A stretch of 58,701 bases of DNA from Hyphomicrobiales bacterium (GTDB lineage: Bacteria; Pseudomonadota; Alphaproteobacteria; Rhizobiales; CAJQND01): contig JBPCVY010000032.1 in assembly GCA_051010055.1 (NCBI GenBank), positions 1-58,701 on the forward strand, given 5' to 3'. A model generated the notes under the pieces. It was not told where the DNA came from. It ran no database searches and saw nothing but the letters and a program-made list of their open reading frames with translations. The position numbers were made by a program, and so were the translations under genes. Positions 30,920 through 40,774 of this stretch are shown piece after piece (position 1 is the stretch's first letter; each line of letters opens with the position of its first letter).

Positions 30920-31675
30920 ATGGCGGGAAGGCTTGAAGGTAAGAAAACGTTGGTGACGGCAGCTGCACAGGGCATTGGCCATGCGGTGGCCAAAGCGTGC
31001 GCCAATGAAGGTGCAATTGTTACTGCAACCGATATTAACGAAGACAAGGTGGCCAAAGAACTGTCCGGTTACGGTAATGTCACTACGAAAAAGTTCGATG
31101 TGCTGGATGGTGACGAGATCAAGAAAATGGCCGCCGAAATTGGCGCAGTTGATGCGCTTTTCAACCTTGCCGGCTTTGTCCATTCAGGCACCATTCTTGA
31201 GTCCACTGATGAGGAATGGGACTTTGCGTTCAATCTCAACGCCCGGGCCATGTACCGCACTTCCCGCGCCTTCTTACCGGCAATGCTTGAGGCAGGCGGC
31301 GGCTCCATCATCAACATGTCGTCGGCGGTTTCTTCCCTTGCAGGGGCCCCGATAAGGTGCGTTTATTCCGCCTCCAAGGCAGCAGTCATCGGCCTGACAA
31401 AATCAATCGCTCGGGACTTCATTGACCAGGGCGTCAGGTGCAATTGCATTTGCCCGGGCACAATACAGTCACCTTCTTTGGAAGAAAGGATAACCCAGCT
31501 CGGCGAAACCATGGGCGGTGTCGAAAAGGCCCGCGAATGGTTCATTGCCCGCCAGCCCATGGGCCGGGTCGGAACGACAGAGGAAGTTGCCGCGCTGGCG
31601 GTTTACTTCGCTTCCGATGAATCCCGGTTTACCACCGGCACCACCGCTGTAATTGACGGTGGTTTCACACTTTAG
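30920..31675 (+). CDS. SDR-family oxidoreductase (DHRS6/BDH2-like, 2-keto-3-deoxy-sugar-acid dehydrogenase-like)
   Basis: LVTAAAQGIGHA… is the cofactor motif and …YSASKAAVIGLTKS… the catalytic YxxxK. The length is 251 aa. Confidence 0.9.
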   Translation: MAGRLEGKKTLVTAAAQGIGHAVAKACANEGAIVTATDINEDKVAKELSGYGNVTTKKFDVLDGDEIKKMAAEIGAVDALFNLAGFVHSGTILESTDEEWDFAFNLNARAMYRTSRAFLPAMLEAGGGSIINMSSAVSSLAGAPIRCVYSASKAAVIGLTKSIARDFIDQGVRCNCICPGTIQSPSLEERITQLGETMGGVEKAREWFIARQPMGRVGTTEEVAALAVYFASDESRFTTGTTAVIDGGFTL

Positions 31676-31727
31676 GGGCAATTGCGCCCTCCGTCGGGAC
31701 GTAAAGTATTTCCGATACTGGCTAATT

Positions 31728-31773
31728 ATAGATTTTTCCAATATCAAGTATAGATATTAGCAATTTGATCTAT
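31728..31773. promoter_or_regulatory. Repeated ATAGAT half-sites upstream of the AEP-type ABC operon (possible LysR-type operator)
   Basis: ATAGAT occurs at 31728-31733 and 31750-31755, and its complement ATCTAT at 31768-31773. The last two form ATAGAT-N12-ATCTAT. Confidence 0.3.
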
Positions 31774-31959
31774 TGACGCCCGACTCGCAATCATCGTCCT
31801 GTAACAAAAGGGGCATCGCACCAACGCGCCTCGGCAAAACTTTTTGTTTGGGAGTACCAAACCGGAAGATTTGTGATTTATCTGACATGAGGTTGTCATG
31901 TTGGATGTATACTAAGAAGCGCGACGGTACTTGTCCTATTTTCCAGGGAGAGAGAAGTT

Positions 31960-32994
31960 ATGAGATCAGGATTCATTGGCAAACTGTTCACCGGCGTGGC
32001 GTTTGCCGCTGCTGCCTTCGGCATCAGTGCACCACAAGCCACAGCCGGCGAGTTGACTGTTTATACTGCCGTGGAAGCCGAAGACCTAAAGCGCTATGCG
32101 GAAACGTTCAACAAAGCCCACCCGGATGTCAAAATCAAATGGGTACGCGATTCCACCGGCATCGTGACGGCGAAACTGCTGGCTGAGAAAAACAACCCGC
32201 AAGCTGACGTGGTCTGGGGGCTGGCGGCAACATCGCTTCTGCTGTTGAAGAGCGAAGGCATGCTCGAGCCATATGCGCCTACAGGCGTTGAGATGCTTGA
32301 CAAGAAGTTCGTTGATAAATCCAACCCGCCAACATGGACCGGTATGGACGCATGGGTTGCTTCGGTTTGCTACAACACTGTTGAGGCCAAGAAGGCCGGG
32401 CTTACCCCGCCCACATCTTGGAAAGACCTGACCAAGCCCATGTACAAAGGCCATGTCATTATGCCGAACCCGAACTCTTCGGGAACGGGTTTTCTTGATG
32501 TTTCAAGCTGGCTGCAGATGTTTGGCGAGGACGATGGCTGGAAGTTTATGGACGCGTTGCATGAAAACATTGCGCGCTACACCCATTCCGGCTCCAAGCC
32601 ATGCAAGCTTGCAGCAGCGGGCGAAATTCCGATCGGCGTGTCGTTCGCATTCCGCGGCGCCAAGTCCAAGGCAAAAGGCGCACCGCTTGAAATCATCGTA
32701 CCTTCCGAAGGTGTCGGTTGGGATATGGAAGCAACAGCTATTGTTGCAGGTACCGGCAATATTGAAGATGCTAAAAAACTCGTCGATTGGTCGGTCACCA
32801 AGGAAGCCAATGAAATGTACAACACGGGATATGCTGTTGTGGCCATTCCCGGCGTTGCCAAACCGGTTGAACATTTCCCGGCTAACCTGACCGAAAAGAT
32901 GATCGATAATGACTTTGAATTTGCTGCCAACAACCGCAAGCGCATTCTTGCCGAATGGCAAAAGCGCTACGATTCCAAGTCTGATCCAAAATAA
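31960..32994 (+). CDS. ABC transporter periplasmic substrate-binding protein, Fe(III)/2-aminoethylphosphonate type
   Basis: Signal peptide (…AFAAAAFGISAPQATAGE), then LTVYTAVEAEDLKRYAETFNKAHPDVKIKWVRDSTG… The AEP assignment rests on linkage to the LysR regulator and phnW-phnA-phnY. Confidence 0.85.
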   Translation: MRSGFIGKLFTGVAFAAAAFGISAPQATAGELTVYTAVEAEDLKRYAETFNKAHPDVKIKWVRDSTGIVTAKLLAEKNNPQADVVWGLAATSLLLLKSEGMLEPYAPTGVEMLDKKFVDKSNPPTWTGMDAWVASVCYNTVEAKKAGLTPPTSWKDLTKPMYKGHVIMPNPNSSGTGFLDVSSWLQMFGEDDGWKFMDALHENIARYTHSGSKPCKLAAAGEIPIGVSFAFRGAKSKAKGAPLEIIVPSEGVGWDMEATAIVAGTGNIEDAKKLVDWSVTKEANEMYNTGYAVVAIPGVAKPVEHFPANLTEKMIDNDFEFAANNRKRILAEWQKRYDSKSDPK

Positions 32995-33028
32995 CAAACA
33001 ATTGCCGGGTTACGGCATTTACCAGGCT

Positions 33029-33058
33029 GGCGGCGCTCGTGCGCTGCCGGTCTGTTTT
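33029..33058 (+). terminator. Hairpin with T-tract after the binding-protein gene (intra-operon attenuator candidate)
   Basis: ggcggcgc-tcgt-gcgctgcc (8 bp with one G·T pair), followed by ggtctgtttta. Confidence 0.4.
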
Positions 33059-33075
33059 ACGGGGGCGCATAAATC

Positions 33076-34173
33076 ATGAGCGGCAACAATGGCGGCGTTT
33101 TCATTTCCATCCGCCATCTGGTGAAAAAGTTCGGCACCTTCACCGCGTTGGATGATATTTCTTTCGACATTGAAGAAGGTGCATTTGTTTGTTTTCTGGG
33201 ACCATCGGGGTGCGGCAAGACAACCATGTTGAGAGCCATTGCGGGCCTCGACATTCAAACATCGGGAGCGATTGTTCAGGCTGGACGTAACATTTCTAAT
33301 CTTCCACCTTCCGAACGTGACTTCGGTATTGTTTTTCAGTCATATGCGTTGTTTCCGAACCTCACCGTTCAGCAGAATGTGGCCTATGGCCTTGAAAATG
33401 CTGGAAAATCAAAAACAGAAGTTACCGGACGCGTCACCGAACTGTTGCAGCTGGTGGGGCTTCCCGATCAGGGCGCGAAATATCCAGCACAGCTTTCAGG
33501 CGGACAGCAGCAACGCATAGCCCTTGCCCGCGCCCTTGCAACATCACCAGGATTGCTGCTCCTTGATGAGCCATTATCAGCTCTCGACGCGCGGGTCCGG
33601 GTGCATCTTCGCCATGAGATCAAACAGCTGCAACAACGCCTTGGGGTCACCACAATCATGGTTACCCACGATCAGGAAGAGGCCCTGTCGATGGCTGATG
33701 TCATCGTGGTCATGAACCATGGCGTCATAGACCAGATTGGCACGCCGGAGGAAATTTACCGCAAGCCCGCCTCGCTGTTCGTTGCCAATTTTATCGGCGA
33801 GATGAACCAGATGCCGGGCAAGGTCATCGCAGACGATAGCGTCGCGCTTGGTGACTTGAAGCTTGCCTGCCAGTCACACAACTTGCCGAAGAACGCCGAA
33901 GCGGTGGTGGCGATACGGCCAGAAGATATCGTTCCGCAGTCAAATGCCTCAAAGGCGCAAAAGAACTGCATCACGGCCAATATTGAAGATATGGAATTTC
34001 TGGGCTCTTTTTCGCGGGTGGAAATTGGCGGCGGCGCTTTGGAAGATACAACCCTAACGGCGGATCTGTCCGTTAATGCGGTAAAAAGGCTGAACGCAAA
34101 ACCAGGCGCAAAGATAAAGATTGAACTGCCGCAAGACAGGCTCTTGGTCTTTCCTGCAAATGGTGGTGCCTGA
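33076..34173 (+). CDS. ABC transporter ATP-binding protein (PotA/FbpC-like, AEP-type importer)
   Basis: Walker A GPSGCGKTT, signature LSGGQQQR, Walker B LLLDEP, and a C-terminal TOBE-like domain. Confidence 0.93.
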   Translation: MSGNNGGVFISIRHLVKKFGTFTALDDISFDIEEGAFVCFLGPSGCGKTTMLRAIAGLDIQTSGAIVQAGRNISNLPPSERDFGIVFQSYALFPNLTVQQNVAYGLENAGKSKTEVTGRVTELLQLVGLPDQGAKYPAQLSGGQQQRIALARALATSPGLLLLDEPLSALDARVRVHLRHEIKQLQQRLGVTTIMVTHDQEEALSMADVIVVMNHGVIDQIGTPEEIYRKPASLFVANFIGEMNQMPGKVIADDSVALGDLKLACQSHNLPKNAEAVVAIRPEDIVPQSNASKAQKNCITANIEDMEFLGSFSRVEIGGGALEDTTLTADLSVNAVKRLNAKPGAKIKIELPQDRLLVFPANGGA

Positions 34174-34175
34174 TC

Positions 34176-36185
34176 ATGACGTTAGGCTCGGCCACAGCCG
34201 ATACTCCGGTTATCAAAGCAAAGCCCAAACTGTCGCGCGATGATTGGATGATGCGTGGCTTTATGGTTGCCATCGCACTTTATCTTCTGATCACCCTGGC
34301 GTTTCCGCTCTATGCGATTATGTCGAAATCATTTTCGGTTTTCGCATTTGATCTTACAGCCTACGAAATTCAGGTGAATAAAGGGGAAGGGTGGAGTGAC
34401 CCGGTTACACCTGCCGCACTCAACAAGGAACATAACGCCGTAAAACCATCGGAATTGCGCGGCGATGCCAACTCTCGTTTGCCTGCCATCAGTTTTTTCC
34501 CTGATTTCAGCTTCAGGGCAAAAACTCTCTACAGGCTCCGAAATGTTTCCGAGGGAACGGCATTCTTGTCAGGTTCTGAACGGCTCACCGATCAGGACTG
34601 GCATGAGTTCACATCAAACGATTTCCGCCGCGTTATGCTGCTGCCAGCACGCAGTCTAGGGTTACAGAACTACGTCACTTATTTTTCTACACCGGCACTG
34701 TTCCGATCTATTCAGAACTCCCTTTTCATTGCCGTTGTTTCGACCATTATCACGGTTCTTCTGGCCTTTGGTTTTGCCTATGCGCTGACCCGCACCTGCA
34801 TGCCCTTCAAAGGGTTCTTCAAACTTGTCGCGATGGTGCCAATCCTTGTGCCTTCCCTGTTGCCAGGCATCGCGCTTGTTTATCTCTTTGGCAACCAGGG
34901 CATGATCACCGGCCTTCTTATGGGAAACTCCATTTACGGGCCAATTGGAATTGTCATAGGTTCGGTGTTTTTCACGTTTCCCCATGCGCTGATCATCATC
35001 ACAACCGCCCTTTCCATTTCTGATTCCCGGCTCTATGAGGCAGCGGTCTCGTTACGGGCAAGCCCGTGGCGCATCTTCTGGACGGTCACCATACCCGGTG
35101 CGCGTTATGGGCTTATCTCTGCGGCCTTTGTGGTGTTCAACCTGGTGATTACCGACTTCGGCCTGCCCAAGGTTATTGGCGGCCAGTACAATGTGCTTGC
35201 GGTTGATATTTACAAGCAAGTGATTGGCCAGCAGAACTTTGAAATGGGCGCTGTGGTTTCGGTCGTGCTGCTCATTCCTGCGATCATCGCGTTTACCGTG
35301 GACCGGATGGTTCAGAAAAAGCAGGTGGCGTTATTGTCCGCCCGGTCCGTTCCGCTTGAACCGCAACCTGACCGTTTTTCAGACAGTATCGGACTGGCGT
35401 TCTGCGTAGGGGTAGGAATTTTCATCTTCGGTTTGATTGCCGTTTGTCAATATGCAGCACTTATCAAATTCTGGCCGTACGATCTCTCGCTCAGCCTCAC
35501 CAATTACAATTTCGATGTCATGGATGGCGGCGGCTGGGACAGCTATTTCAATTCCATCCGGATGGCGCTTCTCACCGCGCTCATTGGCACGGTGGTTGTG
35601 TTCACCGGCGCCTACATGGTTGAGAAAACACAAGGGTTCAATGTTGGGCGCGGTATTTTCCAGCTCCTTGCAATGTTGCCCATGGCAATTCCGGGCATGG
35701 TTCTGGGCCTTGCCTACATCTTCTTTTTCAACAACCCGGCAAACCCGCTGAGCTTCATTTACGGCACCATGGCCATTCTGGTGGTGTGCTCGGTAACCCA
35801 CTTTTACACCGTGTCCCACCTCACTGCGGTTACAGCATTGAAGCAGATGGATACCGAGTTTGAATCGGTGAATGCATCCCTAAAGCAACCCTTTACGAAG
35901 CTTTTCGCGCGGGTAACCGTGCCGGTGTGCTTGCCGGCAATACTCGACATCTCCATTTATTTGTTCGTCAACGCCATGACCACGGTATCGGCCGTTGTTT
36001 TCCTCTACTCGCCGGACACTTCCCTTGCCTCTGTTGCAGTTCTGAATATGGATGATGCAGGCGACATTGCACCGGCGGCAGCCATGGGCATGATGATTTT
36101 CTACACCAATGCCGCTGCCCGGCTCATTCACCTGGCGGTATCCAGAGGCGTAATGGCCCGCACCCAGGCCTGGCGGACAAGGTAG
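34176..36185 (+). CDS. ABC transporter permease, fused two-domain type (AEP/Fe(III)-type importer)
   Basis: 669 aa with two repeated permease halves and many predicted transmembrane helices. It starts 3 nt after the ATPase stop. Confidence 0.9.
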   Translation: MTLGSATADTPVIKAKPKLSRDDWMMRGFMVAIALYLLITLAFPLYAIMSKSFSVFAFDLTAYEIQVNKGEGWSDPVTPAALNKEHNAVKPSELRGDANSRLPAISFFPDFSFRAKTLYRLRNVSEGTAFLSGSERLTDQDWHEFTSNDFRRVMLLPARSLGLQNYVTYFSTPALFRSIQNSLFIAVVSTIITVLLAFGFAYALTRTCMPFKGFFKLVAMVPILVPSLLPGIALVYLFGNQGMITGLLMGNSIYGPIGIVIGSVFFTFPHALIIITTALSISDSRLYEAAVSLRASPWRIFWTVTIPGARYGLISAAFVVFNLVITDFGLPKVIGGQYNVLAVDIYKQVIGQQNFEMGAVVSVVLLIPAIIAFTVDRMVQKKQVALLSARSVPLEPQPDRFSDSIGLAFCVGVGIFIFGLIAVCQYAALIKFWPYDLSLSLTNYNFDVMDGGGWDSYFNSIRMALLTALIGTVVVFTGAYMVEKTQGFNVGRGIFQLLAMLPMAIPGMVLGLAYIFFFNNPANPLSFIYGTMAILVVCSVTHFYTVSHLTAVTALKQMDTEFESVNASLKQPFTKLFARVTVPVCLPAILDISIYLFVNAMTTVSAVVFLYSPDTSLASVAVLNMDDAGDIAPAAAMGMMIFYTNAAARLIHLAVSRGVMARTQAWRTR

Positions 36186-36190
36186 CTGGA

Positions 36191-37324
36191 CTAGTCCTTA
36201 AGCTTCTCTATCGCCAGATAGCAGTGAATATAATCCATTGCATGGCCATCAGGATTTGCGGCAACCCTGTCTTCATAGCGCTGATAAAATTCATCAACCA
36301 GGCTCGCCCTTTCTTCCGCGCTTCGCGATGGACTGAGCGCAGTTGCGAAAACCGTCTCACTCCACGAGCGCAAAGTTGGGATGTAGGAGAGGGCAAACTC
36401 ACGGGCGCTCATTTTCCCGCCAGCCTTATCGAATGCTGCCCGGTAGGGGCACTTCACCAAGCCGGTATGGGCAGAAATAAGCCGCAGGCCCGCCTTGTAA
36501 ACCGGCCCGTTCTCATCCAGCAACGGTGCGCAGAACTCCTCCTTGGTGCGGTAGAACTGGGAAAAGCTCGCATGGCGGTATTCTTCAGGAGTGATGGCGC
36601 CTTCATCACACATGTTCTGCCACAGCTCGTTGAAGGTGTTGAACATGTTGACGCCGCCGGTGGTGCCTAGATAACGGCCCTCTTCATCAATACCAAAATT
36701 CATGAAAACAAGACGCCCACCCGGCCTCAGCTCAGCTGCCCGTGCGAGCAAGATACTCTCCCAATCCTGGGCCGCGCGCGCGGCATAGGCTTTGAGTGTT
36801 TCGCCGCTGGCGCCCACCATGTGCACATGGTTTTCAATCTCGCAGGGTTTTTCAGAAACATAATGCATGGCTGTTGCCGAAAACCCGACATCAAGGGAGT
36901 TGTTTGGCAAAAGTTGCCGGTGAAAACCTATGCCGCAAGCATGGACAAACACATCGTCAAATTCTGTCAGATAGGAAGCGCCCGTTTCAGTTCCGATACC
37001 GAGCATATTTTTGAACAAGGTGGAGAAATCATTGCTCGGCAGGTCTGTGTATGTCACCAGCACCTGGCGGCCGGGAAAACGCTTATGTGCGGATACAATT
37101 AAGTTCCGGATGGCTTGCTGGGAGGTACCGCCGTCGGCTGCCCCAAAATCCGCAATGGCAACCGCAACATCACCTGGTGGTTCGGGAATGGCGGCCACCG
37201 CGTCCTGCAACATGCCCGATGCATTGTCGATGACATCTTTTGCGCCGCGGGTTCTTTCGCTGTAATAGCCGCCGCCTTTCATCGAAGTGGTGGCTTCGGT
37301 TTTCGACTTCACCTCGCTGCGCAT
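36191..37324 (-). CDS. SABATH-family (Methyltransf_7-like) SAM-dependent methyltransferase
   Basis: Collinear matches to plant SABATH motifs: SMKGGGYYSERT (cf. MxGGxGxxSY), VAIADFGAADGGTS (cf. IADLGCSSGPN), VTYTDLPSNDFSTLF (cf. NDLPxNDFNxxF), LDVGFSATAMHYVS (cf. HFxxSSxSLHWLS) and AELRPGGRLVF. I chose the ATG at 37324 to avoid overlap with the LysR gene. Confidence 0.78.
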   Translation of the reverse strand: MRSEVKSKTEATTSMKGGGYYSERTRGAKDVIDNASGMLQDAVAAIPEPPGDVAVAIADFGAADGGTSQQAIRNLIVSAHKRFPGRQVLVTYTDLPSNDFSTLFKNMLGIGTETGASYLTEFDDVFVHACGIGFHRQLLPNNSLDVGFSATAMHYVSEKPCEIENHVHMVGASGETLKAYAARAAQDWESILLARAAELRPGGRLVFMNFGIDEEGRYLGTTGGVNMFNTFNELWQNMCDEGAITPEEYRHASFSQFYRTKEEFCAPLLDENGPVYKAGLRLISAHTGLVKCPYRAAFDKAGGKMSAREFALSYIPTLRSWSETVFATALSPSRSAEERASLVDEFYQRYEDRVAANPDGHAMDYIHCYLAIEKLKD

Positions 37325-37344
37325 ACTACGCCCCCTTTTCGTGC

Positions 37345-38214
37345 CTATTTCTGCCCAGCCTCTTTCGCCAGCTCCATAAACGCGCTCACTTCCGGTATCG
37401 ATTTGCGCTCGTGTAAACATGCCGCAAACTCGACCACATTCAAATTTGCATCGCGCACTGAAAGTTTGTGCAGCCTGTCATCGTGGCCAAGTTCACCCTC
37501 GCCAACGATACTCACCCCAAGCCCTTCCGCAACCGCCTCGCGAATTGCCTCCCTGCTGCCGAGCTCCAATGTGTCCTCGAGAGTGACGCCGGTGGCCCCC
37601 AGCGCACTTTCAAAAATCGCCCGGGTCGTGGATCCGCGCTCGCGCAGCAAAACGGTCTGGCCGGCCAAATCGCCAAGCCGCACGCTGCGCTGCTTTGCCC
37701 AGGCATGGCTCGTGTTGACAAAAACCACCAGCCGGTCGCGTTTGAGCTGGACTGCGAGCAAACGGTCGTCAGGTGCAATCTCTGGCACAATTCCGATTTC
37801 GCAGCGATGGGCAAACAACGCCTCAAGAACTTCCTTGGAGTTGCCAAACGAAAGGGATTTTTGCACCCGGGGATAGCGCCTCGAAAACTGAGCCAGCAGG
37901 GGGACAACGTAATAAGGGGAATCCGCCCCCACCCGCAGCCGGCCATTCAAAAGGCCCTTGGCGGTGGCAAGAAGGCGCTCAGCTTCGCGTTCGGAAGCAA
38001 AATAACGCCCGGTAACTTCCAGCAAAGTGCGGCCAAACTCGGTCAATTGAATGGAACGCCCGCCACGTTCAAACAATTCTACCCCGTAACCTTCCTCAAG
38101 CGCTTTCACATGGCCTGACAAAGTTGGTTGCGACACCCTGAGGGCGTTGGCGGCCTTCGTAAAACTTCCCTCAACGGCAACAGCATGAAATGCGCGGAGC
38201 TGCGAATGGTTCAT
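37345..38214 (-). CDS. LysR-family transcriptional regulator (AEP-catabolism-associated type)
   Basis: N-terminal HTH (MNHSQLRAFHAVAVEGSFTKAANALRVSQPTLSGHVKALE…). It is divergent from phnW. Confidence 0.92.
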   Translation of the reverse strand: MNHSQLRAFHAVAVEGSFTKAANALRVSQPTLSGHVKALEEGYGVELFERGGRSIQLTEFGRTLLEVTGRYFASEREAERLLATAKGLLNGRLRVGADSPYYVVPLLAQFSRRYPRVQKSLSFGNSKEVLEALFAHRCEIGIVPEIAPDDRLLAVQLKRDRLVVFVNTSHAWAKQRSVRLGDLAGQTVLLRERGSTTRAIFESALGATGVTLEDTLELGSREAIREAVAEGLGVSIVGEGELGHDDRLHKLSVRDANLNVVEFAACLHERKSIPEVSAFMELAKEAGQK

Positions 38215-38342
38215 AGGTCAAACCGATGTCATAAGTCGGTAATATGTATTTGATTGATGTTAACCCTCACCCCTATCAAACGTCTAGAGTAAGTTTTGAT
38301 CCTTTTAAAAAATGCTCAAGAGCCGAATGCAGGAACAGGCAT

Positions 38343-39485
38343 ATGACATCACAACCCTCCCTTTCTCCAACCGGAGACCCTTGGCTGCTCACGCCGGGCC
38401 CGCTCACCACGTCTCCGCAAACCAAACAGGCCATGCTCCGGGACTTTGGTTCCCGCGATCATGGCTTTATCGAAATCAACCGGCGCATGCGCGAACGGCT
38501 CGTCGGGATTATCGGTGGTGGCGATGAATTTGTGTGCGTGCCCATGCAGGGCTCCGGCACATTTGCCGTTGAAGCCATGATGGGCACACTCGTGCCTGCA
38601 ACGGGTAAGGTTCTGGTTCTGATGAACGGCGCGTACGGGCAGCGAATTGTTAAGATTTGCAGCTATCACGCGCGCGCCGTTGAGGCCATAGAGTGGGCTG
38701 AAAATGAACCCGTTAACCCAGTCGCGTTGAACGAGCGGCTCGGCGAGGATGAAAGCATAACCCACGTTGTGGTGGTTCATTGCGAAACCACAACCGGTAT
38801 CCTCAACCCGGTGCAGGCGGTCGCAGACGTCGTTAAGGCCCATGGCCGGTCCTTGTTGATCGATTCAATGTCTGCTTTCGGGGCATTGGCGCTGAATGCA
38901 AGAGATGTTCATTTTGATGCGGTGGTGGCATCATCGAACAAATGCCTGGAGGGTGTTCCGGGCATGGGATATTGCCTGGCACGCAAGAGTATTCTGCAAC
39001 AGTGCAAGGGAAACTCCCCATCACTCAGCCTTGATCTTCACGACCAATGGGTGGCGATGGAGAAAAACGCACAGTGGCGTTTTACCCCGCCGGTTCAGGT
39101 TATTGCCGCATTCAACCGGGCCCTTGATGAATTTGACGAAGAAGGCGGCGTTCAGGGCCGCTATGCCCGATATGCCAGCAACTGCAAAATTCTCATCGAC
39201 GGTATGCGCGAGTTCGGCTTTGTGCCGCTATTGCCGGCCGAGCTGCAGGCGCCAATTATTGTCACATTCCTGATGCCTGATGATCCCAAATTCGACTTTC
39301 AGACTTTCTATGATGCGCTGCGCGACAAGGGCTATGTGATTTATCCGGGCAAGCTCACGGTTGCGGAAACATTCAGGATGGGCTGCATTGGGAAGCTGGG
39401 CGCAAATGAAATGCACGGTGCCTTGCGTGCCATCGGAACCACGCTCGAAGAAATGGGTGTGACCAACTGCGCCGCGGCTGCTTAG
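38343..39485 (+). CDS. phnW: 2-aminoethylphosphonate--pyruvate transaminase
   Basis: …PWLLTPGPLTTS…TKQAML.DFGSRD…F…, the class V aminotransferase pattern typical of PhnW, and SSNKCLEGVPG (PLP lysine context). I chose the ATG at 38343. Confidence 0.88.
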   Translation: MTSQPSLSPTGDPWLLTPGPLTTSPQTKQAMLRDFGSRDHGFIEINRRMRERLVGIIGGGDEFVCVPMQGSGTFAVEAMMGTLVPATGKVLVLMNGAYGQRIVKICSYHARAVEAIEWAENEPVNPVALNERLGEDESITHVVVVHCETTTGILNPVQAVADVVKAHGRSLLIDSMSAFGALALNARDVHFDAVVASSNKCLEGVPGMGYCLARKSILQQCKGNSPSLSLDLHDQWVAMEKNAQWRFTPPVQVIAAFNRALDEFDEEGGVQGRYARYASNCKILIDGMREFGFVPLLPAELQAPIIVTFLMPDDPKFDFQTFYDALRDKGYVIYPGKLTVAETFRMGCIGKLGANEMHGALRAIGTTLEEMGVTNCAAAA

Positions 39486-39504
39486 ACCTAATATGGAGAG
39501 ACTG

Positions 39505-40764
39505 ATGAGCTCTGATAAAATAGTATCCGCAAACGGGCGCGACTATGCCTGGCCGGATTCACCGCTGGTGGTGATTTGCTGCGACGGCTCTGAGCCGGCC
39601 TATATGGAAGTGGCCGCAACTGCTGGACTGATGCCGAACCTGCAACGCATCCTTTCCAAGGGTGAAAACCTGTTGGCACAAAGTGTAATTCCAAGCTTCA
39701 CCAACCCGAACAATCTTTCAATCGTCACAGGCCGCCCACCGGCAGTTCACGGCATTTGCGGAAACTATCTCCTTGATCCGGATACGGGCGAGGAGGTGAT
39801 GATGAATGATCCTAAGTTCCTGCGTGCACCGACAATTTTTGAAGCTTTCCAGAATGCCGGCGCCAACGTCGTGGTGATCACGGCAAAGGACAAGCTGCGC
39901 CTTCTTCTAGGCAATGGCCTGAAATTCGGCGAAGACGGCGCGGTGTGTTTTTCATCTGAAAAGGCTGACCAGTGCACCATGAATGACAATGGCATTGAAA
40001 ATATCTGCGAACTGGTGGGCATGGGAGTTCCGGACGTTTACTCTGCAGAGCTCTCAGAGTTTGTTTTTGCTGCCGGCGCGAACCTCCTGGCATCGCAGCG
40101 CCCGGACTTGATGTACCTGTCAACAACCGACTATGTGCAGCACAAATATGCGCCCGGTTCTGATGGCGCGAACGAGTTCTACGAGATGATGGATAAATAT
40201 CTCGGCGCCCTTGATGATGGCGGGGCAACCATCGTTCTTACCGCCGATCACGGGATGAAAGACAAGCATCTGGCAGATGGTGAGCCGGATGTGTTGTACC
40301 TGCAGGAAACTCTTGATGAATGGCTGGGCGAAGGGCAATCCACCGTTATCTTGCCCATCACCGACCCATATGTGGTTCATCACGGAGCGCTTGGTTCGTT
40401 CGCCACGGTTTATCTCAAGGACACAGGCAAAGCCGGAGAACTTGTGAGCCGCATCGCAGCACTTGAAGGCATTGATGTTGTTTATGGCAAGGCGGAGGGG
40501 TGCGCAGCGTTTGAGCTTCCCGAAGACCGCATGGGCGACCTAATTGTGGTGTCTGGAGGCACCAGGGTTCTGGGAACTACAGAGGCGCGCCATGACCTCT
40601 CAGGTTTGGGCGAACCATTGCGCTCCCATGGCGGCATTACAGAGCAAACCGTGCCGATGATTGTCAACCGCAAGGTACAGGCCCTGCCCCAGCCATTGCG
40701 AAATTTTGATGCGTTCTTCGTTGGCTGCAATTCAGTGGCAGCCTCCGCAGAAGCGGCAGAATAG
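39505..40764 (+). CDS. phnA: Phosphonoacetate hydrolase (alkaline-phosphatase superfamily)
   Basis: …[16 protein letters not shown]…[15 protein letters not shown]…[14 protein letters not shown]…TADHGM… I prefer the ATG at 39505, which is preceded by GGAGAG. The ATG at 39493 is also possible. Confidence 0.83.
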   Translation: MSSDKIVSANGRDYAWPDSPLVVICCDGSEPAYMEVAATAGLMPNLQRILSKGENLLAQSVIPSFTNPNNLSIVTGRPPAVHGICGNYLLDPDTGEEVMMNDPKFLRAPTIFEAFQNAGANVVVITAKDKLRLLLGNGLKFGEDGAVCFSSEKADQCTMNDNGIENICELVGMGVPDVYSAELSEFVFAAGANLLASQRPDLMYLSTTDYVQHKYAPGSDGANEFYEMMDKYLGALDDGGATIVLTADHGMKDKHLADGEPDVLYLQETLDEWLGEGQSTVILPITDPYVVHHGALGSFATVYLKDTGKAGELVSRIAALEGIDVVYGKAEGCAAFELPEDRMGDLIVVSGGTRVLGTTEARHDLSGLGEPLRSHGGITEQTVPMIVNRKVQALPQPLRNFDAFFVGCNSVAASAEAAE

Positions 40765-40774
40765 GAGCGGCATA

